A stretch of DNA of 64,000 nucleotides from Candidatus Saccharimonadota bacterium. GTDB lineage: Bacteria; Patescibacteriota; Saccharimonadia; UBA4664. Where the stretch lies: contig JACAFG010000005.1 in NCBI GenBank assembly GCA_019352195.1, positions 27,582 through 91,581 of the forward strand, in the 5' to 3' direction. Made by a program: the position numbers and the translations under genes. Below, in pieces: positions 46,238 through 56,864 of this stretch (within the stretch, counting starts at the first letter, position 1; every line of letters starts with the position of its first letter). The notes below the pieces were generated by a model. The model saw only the letters and a program-made list of their open reading frames with translations, had not been told where the DNA came from and made no database searches.

Positions 46238-46942
46238 ATGAGCTCACTTGCCCACAATCAAGACGTTCCTTACCATCTTGGCATCGTGCCGGATGGTAAT
46301 AGGCGTTGGGCGCGTGCCAACGGACTCACTGCCTTTGAAGGCCATCGCCGGGGCGTAGACGTGACGCGTGATATCGCAATTGCCGCCTATGAACGGGGTG
46401 TAAAAGTGCTGACATTTTACGCGTTTTCGACCGAAAACTGGCAGCGAACCCAAGAAGAGGTTGGCTATCTCATGGAGTTGTTTTTTCGCGTGATTGTCAC
46501 GGAGTATAAAGAACTTGAGGCGCGCAACGTACGTTTTCGCTTTGTAGGTCGCCGAGACCGTTTAAGCGCCAAAATGATTAAGGCGATTGATGATACCGAG
46601 GCGCGTACGGCGCACCTTAGTGAAGGCATGTTTGTGTTGTGTCTGAACTACGGGGGCCAGCAGGAAATTGCTGACGCCGCCGCGGCGCTCATCACGGCGG
46701 GGGTAGCCGCGCAAGACGTCACGCCCGAGCGCTTTGCTCAGGCATTGTATGCTCCGGATGTTCCGCCGGTCGATCTGATCATCCGGACCTCTGGCGAGCA
46801 GCGGCTGAGCGGTTTTATGCTGTGGCGCTCAAGCTACGCGGAGCTGCTCTTTGTCGATCAGCATTGGCCGGCCTTTACGGCCGGTGACCTCGACGCAGCG
46901 CTGGCTGAGTTTGCCGTTCGGCAAAGGCGTTTCGGGAACTAA
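46238..46942 (+). CDS. uppS: undecaprenyl diphosphate synthase
   Basis: HLGIVPDGNRRWA and the C-terminal RFGN motif. Confidence 0.9.
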   Translation: MSSLAHNQDVPYHLGIVPDGNRRWARANGLTAFEGHRRGVDVTRDIAIAAYERGVKVLTFYAFSTENWQRTQEEVGYLMELFFRVIVTEYKELEARNVRFRFVGRRDRLSAKMIKAIDDTEARTAHLSEGMFVLCLNYGGQQEIADAAAALITAGVAAQDVTPERFAQALYAPDVPPVDLIIRTSGEQRLSGFMLWRSSYAELLFVDQHWPAFTAGDLDAALAEFAVRQRRFGN

Positions 46943-46968
46943 GCATAATCGGGTACAATGAAACGTAA

Positions 46969-48072
46969 GTGTTTACCGTAATTATCATCATTTTGTTGTT
47001 CGCGTCGCTGGTGCTCCTGCACGAGCTGGGTCATTTCATTATGGCTCGGCGTAATGGGGTCGAGGCCGAGGAGTTTGGGGTTGGCTTCCCGCCCAAGCTT
47101 TATGGTAAGCAAATTGGCAAAACCTTTTACTCAATCAACCTGCTCCCGCTGGGTGGATTTGTGCGAATGAAAGGCGAGGATGCGGCCGATACTGAGCCGG
47201 GCTCGTTTGGTGCCGCCTCTTTTGGATCGCAGACCAAAATTCTGTTTGCTGGGGTAGTGATGAACTTGTTGACGGCAGTGGTGCTGCTTTACGTGCTAGC
47301 GCTGACCGGCTTACCGGGGCTGGGACCACAGTTTGAGCCAACTTTCTTGCACTCCACCTACGCGCAACCCAAGCAGTTGCTGTTGGTGGAAGTGGTGCCG
47401 GGTTCGCCGGCGGCACAGGCTGGCCTCAAGCGCGGTGATTACGTGTTGACGGCCAACGGCACGATGCTGACGACCGACGTCCAGCTGAGTGATTTTACGC
47501 GTAACCATGCCGGCGAAACGGTCAGTTTGGGCGTGAAGACCGCTAGCGGTACGCACGTGGCGCAGATTAAATTGTTGCCGCCCACGGCCAAAGACGGGTA
47601 TTTGGGCGTGAGTAGCCAGCAGATTTATAAACTGCGCTATGATCCGCTTCGCGCCGTCGTGGCGGCCGGTTACATTACGTTCGTTTTGTTGTGGGAAACC
47701 CTCCTCGGCGTCTTCTCGCTGTTTTGGCATTTCCCCAGTTTGATTGCGGGACTATTTGGGCATGGGGTGCCGGCCGCGGCCGAAGCGACGTCGGGCCCGA
47801 TTGGGATTGTCTTTATTCTCAAGAGTATCTCAACGCTTGGATGGTCGTACGTGGTGTTATTTATGGCAAACATTTCGGTGGCTTTGGCCGCGTTTAACAT
47901 TTTGCCACTGCCGGCGCTCGACGGTGGTCGCTGGTTTGTGCTGGCGGTCCAAAAGGTGACGGGACGTAAGTGGAGTGCTGATGCCGAAGCACGGTATCAC
48001 GCGGTTGGCTTCTTGTGTCTGATTGGGCTCATGGTGCTTATTTCGGTCTATGACGTCCGAAAGTTCTTCTAA
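46969..48072 (+). CDS. rseP: RseP-type site-2 zinc metalloprotease
   Basis: HELGHF zinc motif in TM1, an internal PDZ, and LPLPALDGG. Confidence 0.85.
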   Translation: MFTVIIIILLFASLVLLHELGHFIMARRNGVEAEEFGVGFPPKLYGKQIGKTFYSINLLPLGGFVRMKGEDAADTEPGSFGAASFGSQTKILFAGVVMNLLTAVVLLYVLALTGLPGLGPQFEPTFLHSTYAQPKQLLLVEVVPGSPAAQAGLKRGDYVLTANGTMLTTDVQLSDFTRNHAGETVSLGVKTASGTHVAQIKLLPPTAKDGYLGVSSQQIYKLRYDPLRAVVAAGYITFVLLWETLLGVFSLFWHFPSLIAGLFGHGVPAAAEATSGPIGIVFILKSISTLGWSYVVLFMANISVALAAFNILPLPALDGGRWFVLAVQKVTGRKWSADAEARYHAVGFLCLIGLMVLISVYDVRKFF

Positions 48073-48077
48073 GATGA

Positions 48078-48821
48078 GTGGGGCGTATTGTGGCTAAGCC
48101 GCTGCCCGAATTTTTACGGGTGCCATGGACGGTGCCGCAATCGCTGGGAATTTTTGTGACGGCCTGGTTTGCGCTGCCCGTCGGTTTGGTGGTGCTCATT
48201 GTGGCCTTAGCTCAGGTGTTTTCGCCGGTTCATACTCTGCTCGTGCTGATTCAGGGCAGCAGTTTGCAGGTGAGTTTTATTTTTGATCTTATTACCGCCG
48301 TTACCGCCTTGGGGTTGGTGTGGCTGGCCCTGCGCCATTACCAGGTGGGCTGGGCTGAAGTGGGCTGGCGCAAGTTTGATTTTTGGAAGACCGCCTTGTA
48401 CCTCGTCGGCGGATTCGTTGGCTTCACGCTGGTGGCGGCGCTGCTGATTGCGCTAGTGAGTTATTTGGTACCGAGCTTTAACGCTAATCAGGCGCAGAGT
48501 AATGACTTTACCGGTGCGGTTAAAACGCATGTTAGTCTCACGCTGATCGCGTTGGTGCTCATTCCGCCCATTATTGAGGAAACGGTATTTCGCGGGTTTA
48601 TTTTTCCCGCCATTGCCAAAAAATGGGGCGTATGGGGCGGTGCGATTGCCTCTAGTGTGTTGTTTGGATTGGCTCACTGGCAGGCAAATGTGAGCATTTA
48701 CACGTTTGTTTTGGGTCTGGTGCTATGTTTTTTGTACGTCAAGCTCAAAAGCATTTTCCCCGGCATGCTCATTCATATGCTCAATAACTTACTGGCGTTT
48801 TACGCTCTAGCATCGAAGTAG
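48078..48821 (+). CDS. CAAX/CPBP-family intramembrane metalloprotease
   Basis: EETVFRG and FGLAHW motifs. Confidence 0.75.
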   Translation: MGRIVAKPLPEFLRVPWTVPQSLGIFVTAWFALPVGLVVLIVALAQVFSPVHTLLVLIQGSSLQVSFIFDLITAVTALGLVWLALRHYQVGWAEVGWRKFDFWKTALYLVGGFVGFTLVAALLIALVSYLVPSFNANQAQSNDFTGAVKTHVSLTLIALVLIPPIIEETVFRGFIFPAIAKKWGVWGGAIASSVLFGLAHWQANVSIYTFVLGLVLCFLYVKLKSIFPGMLIHMLNNLLAFYALASK

Positions 48822-48869
48822 CCTAGGCCCAAGGCGGGCGAGCTCTCCTGAGCGAAGATACTAGACGTT

Positions 48870-49092
48870 GATGGTTACGACGGCTACAATGAGCACAAAG
48901 CAATGAAAGAGCCCCCACTCTGGAGCTGACGGCGATGAGCCGGTCCGTTTTTATCCAACGTCACTGGATTGGTCCGTTTAGGCGGACCGCAAGGCAGTCG
49001 TCGCGAGGCGATTGCAAAGATAGGATGGTACCGCGGCCTCGTCGCTCCTATCAACACTGCAGTTCTGTGGTGTTGTGAGGGCGATTTTTTAA
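48870..49092 (+). promoter_or_regulatory. T-box riboswitch-like leader of proS
   Basis: The T-box sequence AGGATGGTACCGCGG lies at 49022-49036. A terminator hairpin TCGCTCCTATCAACAC...GTGGTGTTGTGAGGGCGA follows, then TTTTTT at 49085-49090, directly before the proS start. Confidence 0.5.
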
Positions 49093-49105
49093 TGAGGATA
49101 CAACG

Positions 49106-50353
49106 ATGCGACTGAGTCATAATTTTACGAAAACCCGCCGCGACGCCCCAAAAGATGAAACCGCTCGAAACGCGCAACTGCTTATTCGGGCTGGATATGT
49201 TCACAAGATGATGGCCGGTGTGTACGCTTACTTGCCGCTCGGTAAACTTGTTCTCGATAACATTGCGCAAATTGTGCGAGAAGAAATGAACGCAGTTGGT
49301 GGTCAAGAAGTGCAAATGACCGTGCTTCAGCCCAAAGAATTGTGGGAGAAAACTGATCGTTGGGATGACAAAAAAGTTGATAACTGGTTCAAGACTAAAC
49401 TGGCTAATGGTACCGAAGTCGGCGTTGGACTATCACATGAGGAGCCAATTGTAGACTCGCTGAAGGCGTTTGTCGGCTCATACAAAGATTTACCGATCAC
49501 GATCTACCAGATTCAGAGCAAGTTTCGCAATGAACTTCGCGCCAAGAGCGGTTTACTGCGCGGTCGCGAGTTCATTATGAAAGATATGTATACTTTCGCT
49601 CAGACTCAGGAAGAGCACACCAAGCTGTATGAGCAAATTGCTGAGGCCTATATACGGATTTTTGAACGATTGGGACTGGGTGACAGCACTTACCGTACCT
49701 ATGCGGATGGCGGTTACTTCACTGAGAAATTTAGCGACGAATTCCAAACCGTCAGTCCAATCGGTGAAGACACAATTTACGTCGATGAAAAAAAACGCAT
49801 TGCTATCAACAAGGAAATCTACACTGACGAAAACCTCGCCAAGCTGAACTTTAATCGAGCCGATTTGGTGGAAAAGCGTGGTGTCGAAGTGGGCAATATT
49901 TTCCCGCTTGAAAGTAAATATTCCGATGCGCTCGATTTATATTACGTTGACGAGAAGGGCCAACGTCAGTCCATTATTATGGGCTGTTATGGCATTGGAA
50001 TTAGCCGTCTGGTGGGTATGATTGCGGAGCATTTTGCTGATGACAACGGTCTCGTCTGGCCGGCATCGATTGCGCCGGCCGAGGTGCATCTGGTGGCGTT
50101 AGGAACTGACGCGGAAATTGTGGCGGCGGCCGACGATTTGTACCACGAGCTGACAGCGGCAGGGCATGAGGTTATTTATGATGATCGTGACGTGCAGGCC
50201 GGGCTGAAGTTTGCTGATGCCGATCTCATGGGCATGCCGCTACGCATCACCGTCTCTAAGAAAACTTTGGCCGAAGGCAGCGTCGAGTTTAAAGCCCGCA
50301 CCGAAGAGGAAACGCGCATGGTGAAGCTAGCAGACGTGATTACGGCGCTCTAG
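49106..50353 (+). CDS. proS: prolyl-tRNA synthetase (short form)
   Basis: Class II core motifs and a C-terminal anticodon-binding domain. 415 aa. Confidence 0.9.
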   Translation: MRLSHNFTKTRRDAPKDETARNAQLLIRAGYVHKMMAGVYAYLPLGKLVLDNIAQIVREEMNAVGGQEVQMTVLQPKELWEKTDRWDDKKVDNWFKTKLANGTEVGVGLSHEEPIVDSLKAFVGSYKDLPITIYQIQSKFRNELRAKSGLLRGREFIMKDMYTFAQTQEEHTKLYEQIAEAYIRIFERLGLGDSTYRTYADGGYFTEKFSDEFQTVSPIGEDTIYVDEKKRIAINKEIYTDENLAKLNFNRADLVEKRGVEVGNIFPLESKYSDALDLYYVDEKGQRQSIIMGCYGIGISRLVGMIAEHFADDNGLVWPASIAPAEVHLVALGTDAEIVAAADDLYHELTAAGHEVIYDDRDVQAGLKFADADLMGMPLRITVSKKTLAEGSVEFKARTEEETRMVKLADVITAL

Positions 50354-50359
50354 GGTCGT

Positions 50360-51394
50360 TTATTTCATGTTAACTTTGAGAAACGACAAGGTATTAGTAA
50401 GGAATGCGGCCCCGGAACCGGCTTGGCTGTACTGGTGATCGCCGCCTGCGTAGGTGTAGTAAACATGAGGAATGTTGGCGGCGGTAAGGCTAGAGTCGAG
50501 GCTAGCGCTAAAGGCGATTGGCACGACCGTATCGGCGGTACCATGGTTAATCTCGACCGGTGCGGTAATGGCGCTGACATAGTTGATAGCGGAAATATCG
50601 TGCCAGAAGGCGGGACTCGATTTTGGCGTGCCATGCGCAGTGATGAAGGCGGCTTTTTGCGGTATAAGATCGGCTGGTAGCATGGCAACTGGCCAATTAT
50701 TGAGGGTGTCGTCAACTGAACCAACCACGCCCGAAGCGGTGATAATAGCTTTGACGGGCAAATTGTGGCTGGCGACGGCGGCACGCAAGACCACGGCCCC
50801 GCCCATACTGTGACCAAGCCAGGCCACTTGGTTGGCATTAACGCCCGACAGGTTGACGAGCGAGGCGGTGAGACCCAGCAAATCGTAGGTATAGCCCGCC
50901 TCTAGGTCGCCGACGGTAGGGGAACCGGCGGAGCTGCCGTTGCCCCGATAATCGAGCTTAAGGATAGCGTAACCGGCGCTACAGAACGTATTCATAAAAC
51001 CCTGGTAATCGGTAGCGTCGGTTTTATAGGTGGTGGGCGCGATGTAGCCGTGAGCCAAAATGATGACCGGGTAGCCGCCGCTGGGAGCGGCGGTAGATGG
51101 TTGTTGGAATAAAGCGTATTCGGTGAGGCCGTCGACACGAAACGACACCACCTTGGTGGGGCAGCCGCCGCGGCTGGGTAAGGTTTGGGTCACCGTGACG
51201 GGGCTTGGAACCACGGGGTGAGCGCGTACCGCAGCAATACTGAGGGGATTTGGCGGCGCCACCGTCGGCGAGGCAGAGACTTTGGGGCGTGGTGTTGGCG
51301 CCTTGGCGGGAGCACTTGTTAGCACGATCAGGCCAATGGCGGAGCCAACAGATAATACTATCAGCACAATGATGGCAATGAGGAGACGCTTCAT
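50360..51394 (-). CDS. secreted/anchored alpha/beta hydrolase (dienelactone hydrolase/S9-like)
   Basis: GHSMGG nucleophile elbow and an N-terminal TM. Confidence 0.7.
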   Translation of the reverse strand: MKRLLIAIIVLIVLSVGSAIGLIVLTSAPAKAPTPRPKVSASPTVAPPNPLSIAAVRAHPVVPSPVTVTQTLPSRGGCPTKVVSFRVDGLTEYALFQQPSTAAPSGGYPVIILAHGYIAPTTYKTDATDYQGFMNTFCSAGYAILKLDYRGNGSSAGSPTVGDLEAGYTYDLLGLTASLVNLSGVNANQVAWLGHSMGGAVVLRAAVASHNLPVKAIITASGVVGSVDDTLNNWPVAMLPADLIPQKAAFITAHGTPKSSPAFWHDISAINYVSAITAPVEINHGTADTVVPIAFSASLDSSLTAANIPHVYYTYAGGDHQYSQAGSGAAFLTNTLSFLKVNMK

Positions 51395-51412
51395 AGAGCT
51401 AGTATACCTGGG

Positions 51413-52417
51413 CTAACTGTCGTAAGCGGCCAAAAAGGCGTTGTTGTTTTTTAGCAGGTCGGATAGTCCGGTAGGATTTACAAACAGGTGACCAGTATCA
51501 GGGTACGTAAAATACTCGTGAGTTTTACCCGCGGCGGTGAGGGCGAGGTTGAGCTTAGCTGCAAAGGCCGGAGGGACACTGACATCGGTGAGGCCTTGGT
51601 TGATTTGTACCGGTACTGATAAACTTGAAACGTAGTTGATGGAAGATGCGTCATGCCAGTAGGCCGGATTTTGGCTGGGCGGCCCTTCGGCGCCGAGCAC
51701 TTGGCGGCGCTTGATGGCGACATCTGGTGGAACACGGCCGGTCCAATGAAATGCCAGGTTGGGGAGTGAATCGACGGCGCCAGCAATGGTAATGAGGCCG
51801 CGAATCGGCATGTTATGGGGCGCAACACCGGCGCGGAGGATTATCGCGCCGCCCATGCTATGGCCAATGAGGACGATTCGACTGGGATTTGCCAGAGGAT
51901 AGGTAGGCATGGAAGCGGCCAGGTTTAAGACATCGTAGGTATCATCCGGCGAAAATAAGCCGTTGCTGGCAACTCCCTGGGAGCTGCCAACGCCGCGGTA
52001 ATCGGGTTTTAAGATGAGATAGCCGTGTTGGCAGTACGATTCGATCATGGCTTGATACTGGGTGTTGTCGGTCTTGTAGGTTTTGGAATCGGTGTAGCCA
52101 TGCGCAAAAATAATTACCGGGTAGCCGCCGCGCGGCATGGCGGCCACGGGACGGGTAGCCAGCGCGTACTGAGTGAGGCCGTCGGAGTGAAATGACACGA
52201 TGTTCGTAGGACAGCCGGCGCGGGGCGCGACGGTTTTGACGGCGGCAATAACGCCGGGGGTGAGGGGATGCAGCCGGACCGCTTCAATGGCAGCTGGGTT
52301 GGGTTCGTCACCGTCTGGTTCAGGTTTCGTAAAACTCGTCACGCCAAAAATCGCCAGGGCAAGACTGCCCAGCGACGCGGTGATGATGAGAGCGAAAAGC
52401 GCGCGTTGTTTAACCAT
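51413..52417 (-). CDS. alpha/beta hydrolase paralog
   Basis: GHSMGG, with overall collinearity to 50360..51394. Confidence 0.7.
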   Translation of the reverse strand: MVKQRALFALIITASLGSLALAIFGVTSFTKPEPDGDEPNPAAIEAVRLHPLTPGVIAAVKTVAPRAGCPTNIVSFHSDGLTQYALATRPVAAMPRGGYPVIIFAHGYTDSKTYKTDNTQYQAMIESYCQHGYLILKPDYRGVGSSQGVASNGLFSPDDTYDVLNLAASMPTYPLANPSRIVLIGHSMGGAIILRAGVAPHNMPIRGLITIAGAVDSLPNLAFHWTGRVPPDVAIKRRQVLGAEGPPSQNPAYWHDASSINYVSSLSVPVQINQGLTDVSVPPAFAAKLNLALTAAGKTHEYFTYPDTGHLFVNPTGLSDLLKNNNAFLAAYDS

Positions 52418-52568
52418 AACTACCTTTATAATACAGGATCTATCGAGGCTAGGGTCGCGGTTTGCTGCGTAGCCTGCTGGAACAAGGTCGTAATCAAACC
52501 TTGCTCGTATCAGATAGGAACGGTATGCTAGAAAGGCATAACCACTTAGCTGGGATAATTTCGTCTTT

Positions 52569-53621
52569 ATGTTTAACCGCCTTCTGGGACTTGTGTCTCA
52601 CGACATTGGAATCGACCTTGGGACTGCCAACACTCTCGTCTATGTACGGGGCAAAGGGATCGTTATTAACGAGCCCAGCGTTGTGGCGGTAAATACCAAA
52701 ACTAAGCAGGTGCTGGCAATTGGCGATGAAGCCAAAGCCATGGTTGGCAAAACGCCGGCCTCAATTGTGGCTACGCGTCCGCTGGTTGATGGTGTGGTGA
52801 GTGATTTTGAAGTGACTGAGCAAATGCTCAAATATTTCATTAATAAAGTCCACAAAGAAAGCTATGCAATTTTCCCGCGTCCGCGCGTGGTGATTGGGAT
52901 CCCGAGCGGCGTGACCGAAGTTGAAAAACGGGCCGTGGAAGACGCTGCCACGAATGCCGGCGCCCGCCAAACTTTTTTGATTGAAGAGCCCATGGCTGCC
53001 GCCATTGGTTCGCGGCTACCGATTCAAGATGCGGCCGGTTCGATGATTGTGGACATTGGCGGCGGCACCACCGAAGTGGCGGTTATTAGTTTGGGTGGGA
53101 TTGTGGCATCGAGGAGCCTACGTATCGCCGGGGATGAACTGAGTGATGATATTATTCAATTCGCGCGCGAGCACTTTAGCCTGCAAATTGGTGAACGAAC
53201 GGCTGAAAATATTAAGATTCAGATTGGTTCGGCTCACTTGGTGGCGGGTATGAAGCCGGTACCAATGCGCGGGCGCGACTTGGTGACGGGTTTGCCGAAG
53301 CAAATTATGATTGAGCCTGAACAAGTACGATTGGCGTTGTCAAAAAGTGTGCGCGAGATCGTCGAGGCCATCAAAATCACGATCGAGGAGACACCCCCCG
53401 AGCTGGTCGCCGACATTATGGACCGGGGGATCATTTTGGCGGGTGGCGGTGCATTGCTGAAAGGGCTGGATGTCATGATCCTCAACGAAACCCGCATGCC
53501 CGTTCATATTGCCGATGATCCGCTGACGGCGGTGGCGCGGGGGACAGGTCTGGTGCTCGAAGACATCGATGCGCTTAAGGACGTCCTTGTGCCAACGCAA
53601 TTTGGCAAGATTCCGAGGTAG
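52569..53621 (+). CDS. mreB: rod-shape determining actin homolog MreB
   Basis: DIGIDLGTANTLVYV and GGGTTEVAVISLGG. Confidence 0.9.
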   Translation: MFNRLLGLVSHDIGIDLGTANTLVYVRGKGIVINEPSVVAVNTKTKQVLAIGDEAKAMVGKTPASIVATRPLVDGVVSDFEVTEQMLKYFINKVHKESYAIFPRPRVVIGIPSGVTEVEKRAVEDAATNAGARQTFLIEEPMAAAIGSRLPIQDAAGSMIVDIGGGTTEVAVISLGGIVASRSLRIAGDELSDDIIQFAREHFSLQIGERTAENIKIQIGSAHLVAGMKPVPMRGRDLVTGLPKQIMIEPEQVRLALSKSVREIVEAIKITIEETPPELVADIMDRGIILAGGGALLKGLDVMILNETRMPVHIADDPLTAVARGTGLVLEDIDALKDVLVPTQFGKIPR

Positions 53622-53729
53622 GCAGTTGGATCAGCAATTCCTTAGGTTGGGTAAGGTATGGTGGGTGAGCGACGCGGTTATGCTTGGCCGGATTCGAGGT
53701 GGTCAAAACTTTAGAGGGCAAAGAACAAG

Positions 53730-54524
53730 ATGAAGTTGACGCGGAGCAATCGCCGCATTGTTATTATTGTCGGCATTGGCGCAGCGCTGGTGCTGGCCGG
53801 TGTATTAGGGATTTTGTCGCCGGTGCGGTGGGTGTTTGATCATACGGTATTGCCAATTGGCACCGGCCTGGCATCGGTGGGCAGCTCAACGAGTCAAACC
53901 ATTGCCAATATCACCAACGTGCAGGATTTAGCCAAGCAAAACGATGCCTTAGCCCGTGAGAATGCGGCGCTGCGACAGCGTTTAGCTGCCGATGCTAACA
54001 CCCGCAGCGATAATGACGAGCTGCGGCGCGAGCTTGGTCTGCAAATAGCGGGTTCGCCGCATGAGGTAGCGGCCGAAGTTATTGCGTATGAGCCAAATTC
54101 GTATCGACAGTTTGTCACGATAAATTCGGGCAGCCAAGCCGGGCTTAAAGTTGGTATGGCGGTCATGAGTGATGGGGTTTTGGTAGGACTCGTTAACGAC
54201 GTTCAAGCGAGCGTATCGCGGGTGATTTTAGTGAGCGATCCGGAGTTCAAACTGACGGCCAAAGATCAGGATACGGGGGCAACGGGCTTGGTTCAGGGAC
54301 AACTGGGGGCGGGCTTGATTATGGCCGAGATTGGACAAACTGATCAAGTGCATCCAGGCGACACGGTGACGACGGCGGGGCTTGGTGGTTCGGTTCCGGC
54401 AGGGCTCTTGATTGGTAAAATTGAGTCGGTTAACGGTTCGACCAACGCGGTCTTCCAATCGGCTGAACTGTCAACCTCGGTCCGGCCAAATTTGCTCCGT
54501 TTTGTGATGGTGGTAACGGGATGA
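53730..54524 (+). CDS. mreC: MreC
   Basis: An N-terminal TM, a coiled coil, then a beta-rich domain. It follows mreB. Confidence 0.8.
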   Translation: MKLTRSNRRIVIIVGIGAALVLAGVLGILSPVRWVFDHTVLPIGTGLASVGSSTSQTIANITNVQDLAKQNDALARENAALRQRLAADANTRSDNDELRRELGLQIAGSPHEVAAEVIAYEPNSYRQFVTINSGSQAGLKVGMAVMSDGVLVGLVNDVQASVSRVILVSDPEFKLTAKDQDTGATGLVQGQLGAGLIMAEIGQTDQVHPGDTVTTAGLGGSVPAGLLIGKIESVNGSTNAVFQSAELSTSVRPNLLRFVMVVTG

Positions 54525-55024
54525 AACCATTAATGCTTAGTGGAGTAGCGGTGGTTATTTTTATGCTGCAGCTAAGCTTTATTCCCGCACTGCGGCCGTT
54601 TGGGGTTGTTCCTAACGCGGGACTCGTCTTAGTAGCGCTGGTGGGGCTGTACGGGACGGCAAGTTTGGCCCTGATAATTGCTGTAGCGGGCGGTTTGACG
54701 CTCGACTTAGTGAGTGGCGCAAATTTTGGTTTGTATGTGGCTCTTTTTACCGTCGTGGCCCTCGCGGCGGGTTATATTCACCGCGCTGGACTCAACTGGG
54801 TCGGCCCTTCGATGGCGATTGGTCTCGTGATTGTCGCTACGCTCGTGCAGAACTTCATTATTTTGGGTGGGCTGCTGCGGGTTACGAGTAGCTGGCCGCT
54901 CGGGTATGTGCTGGGTCAAACGGGGCTCGAACTTATTCTTAACACCTTTCTCGTGCTGGTGCTGCGGCCGCTCGTGCAGTGGCTGTTGCCAACGGGCCGG
55001 GGTGAGTTGGAGATTGATAACTAA
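54521..55024 (+). CDS. mreD: MreD
   Basis: 167-aa polytopic membrane protein overlapping the mreC stop. Confidence 0.7.
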   Translation: MKPLMLSGVAVVIFMLQLSFIPALRPFGVVPNAGLVLVALVGLYGTASLALIIAVAGGLTLDLVSGANFGLYVALFTVVALAAGYIHRAGLNWVGPSMAIGLVIVATLVQNFIILGGLLRVTSSWPLGYVLGQTGLELILNTFLVLVLRPLVQWLLPTGRGELEIDN

Positions 55025-56835
55025 TGCCACGATCAATTTTTGGATATTTGGAAGGTCGGCCACCCAGTGAACTGGGCGATATGGCGATTTCAGGTGGCAG
55101 CGGCAAGTCCGAGGCCTGGTCGGAAGCGATCTTACCGGCCGACGCTTCAATTTCGCCCGAATCCGCTACCGACCGTCGGCCGCTGCTTATTTTTGGCTTG
55201 GTGGTGGCAGCAGCAGTGTCGGTGCTAGGGCTGAGATTGTTTTGGCTACAAGTAGTTACCGGCAGTCACAACTTAGCGTTGGCGGATGGTAACCGTATTC
55301 GTGAGCAGGTGGAGCGGGCTCCGCGAGGACTTATTTATGACCGCAATGGAGTCTTGCTGGCACAAAACCAAGCTAGTTTTGATGTCACGGTTATTCCGCA
55401 ACAACTACCAACCACTCCAGCGGCACGTCAGGCCGAATACGCTTTGGTGGGGCCGCTGATTGGCTTAACCCCGGAGCAGGTGGCGGCCAAGGCCGAGATA
55501 ACCTGTGCGGCAGATAAGACGGCCGACTGTCTCCAGACCCCGGTGCCACAGCTCATCTTATCGGGCCTCGGGCGCGATCAGGCGTTGGTGTTTGATCAAA
55601 ACAGCGCCAATGGTAAGCCAATTCGGGTGCTAGCGAGTGTTGACCCTGTGGCAGGGAGCAGCCTGGTGCTGTCGATTGATGATGCCCTCGAGCAACATTT
55701 GGCGGCGGCCATTCAGGCGCAGATGACGGCATCAGGGGCGGTACGCGCCTCTGGCGTGGCGGTAGATCCGCGTACCGGTCAGGTCCTCGCCGTCGTCTCG
55801 CTCCCGTCGTACGACAACAACTTGTTTGCCAAAGGCATTTCGCAAACCGATTACAATAGCTTGCTCTCCAACCCTGGTCAGCCGCTGTTTAACAAAGTTA
55901 TTAGTGGCGTGTATCCAACCGGCTCCATTATCAAACCGCTCGGAGCCTCGGCGGCGCTGCAGCAAGGCGTGATTGATACCTCGACGATCGTGAATGACAC
56001 CGGCAAAATTGTGGTTCCAAATCAATACGACCCCGCCAATCCCGCAATTTACTATGGCTGGGAACGTACGACCGGGCTGGGGCCAGTAAATGTGGTGCAG
56101 GCGTTAGCCCAGAGTTCGGATATTTTCTTCTACGAAGTCATGGGTGGTTTTACCGACTTTCTTCATTATTTGGGTGTGGATAAACTTGCGAGCTATTATC
56201 AATACTTTGGTTTGGGCTCCAAAACCGGGATCGATGTTCCTGGTGAGGCCGCCGGACGAGTGCCGACCCCCGCTTGGAAAAAAGCTTTCTCGGGCCAAGC
56301 CTGGTATACCGGGGATACCTACAATGTTTCGGTAGGGCAGGGGGACTTGCTGGCTTCGCCGCTGCAAATGGTAATGGCGATTTCCGCAATTGCGAACGGT
56401 GGGACTTTGTACCAGCCGCACTTGGTGTCGCAGGTAAAAGATACTACCGGTAAAGTCGTGCAAACGATAGCGCCCCACATTGTGCGTCAAGGCTTCATTT
56501 CGGCGTCTAACTTAAACATTGTGCGCCAAGGCATGATGGCGGCTGTTACAGAGCCTAAGGGGACCGCCTGCTGCAAGATTCGGGACCAGGTCCCGGTGTC
56601 GGTGGCCGCCAAAACCGGTACGGCCGAGACCGTGAATCATGACACCGGCGCTAGCGCCGCGACCCAAAGCAAGCCAGAGGCGTGGTTTGAAGCTTTTGCG
56701 CCAGCTACCGGGGACCCAAAAATTGCGATCGTGATTCTTATTGAGAACTCGGGTGAAGGCGCAGCGTACGCAGCGCCGGCCGCGCGCGAAACGTTGGCGT
56801 GGTATTTTACTCAAGGTGCGGGTTCTAAGCCCTAA
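55024..56835 (+). CDS. mrdA: penicillin-binding protein 2 (transpeptidase)
   Basis: SxxK (TGSIIKP), SxN and KTGT motifs. The true start may be the internal Met. Confidence 0.85.
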   Translation: MPRSIFGYLEGRPPSELGDMAISGGSGKSEAWSEAILPADASISPESATDRRPLLIFGLVVAAAVSVLGLRLFWLQVVTGSHNLALADGNRIREQVERAPRGLIYDRNGVLLAQNQASFDVTVIPQQLPTTPAARQAEYALVGPLIGLTPEQVAAKAEITCAADKTADCLQTPVPQLILSGLGRDQALVFDQNSANGKPIRVLASVDPVAGSSLVLSIDDALEQHLAAAIQAQMTASGAVRASGVAVDPRTGQVLAVVSLPSYDNNLFAKGISQTDYNSLLSNPGQPLFNKVISGVYPTGSIIKPLGASAALQQGVIDTSTIVNDTGKIVVPNQYDPANPAIYYGWERTTGLGPVNVVQALAQSSDIFFYEVMGGFTDFLHYLGVDKLASYYQYFGLGSKTGIDVPGEAAGRVPTPAWKKAFSGQAWYTGDTYNVSVGQGDLLASPLQMVMAISAIANGGTLYQPHLVSQVKDTTGKVVQTIAPHIVRQGFISASNLNIVRQGMMAAVTEPKGTACCKIRDQVPVSVAAKTGTAETVNHDTGASAATQSKPEAWFEAFAPATGDPKIAIVILIENSGEGAAYAAPAARETLAWYFTQGAGSKP

Positions 56836-56838
56836 TAA

Positions 56839-56864
56839 TCAGCTTGTTATCAGCTGAGTTTTAT
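56839..56864 (+). terminator. terminator after mrdA
   Basis: TCAGCT-tgttatc-AGCTGA-GTTTTAT. Confidence 0.55.
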
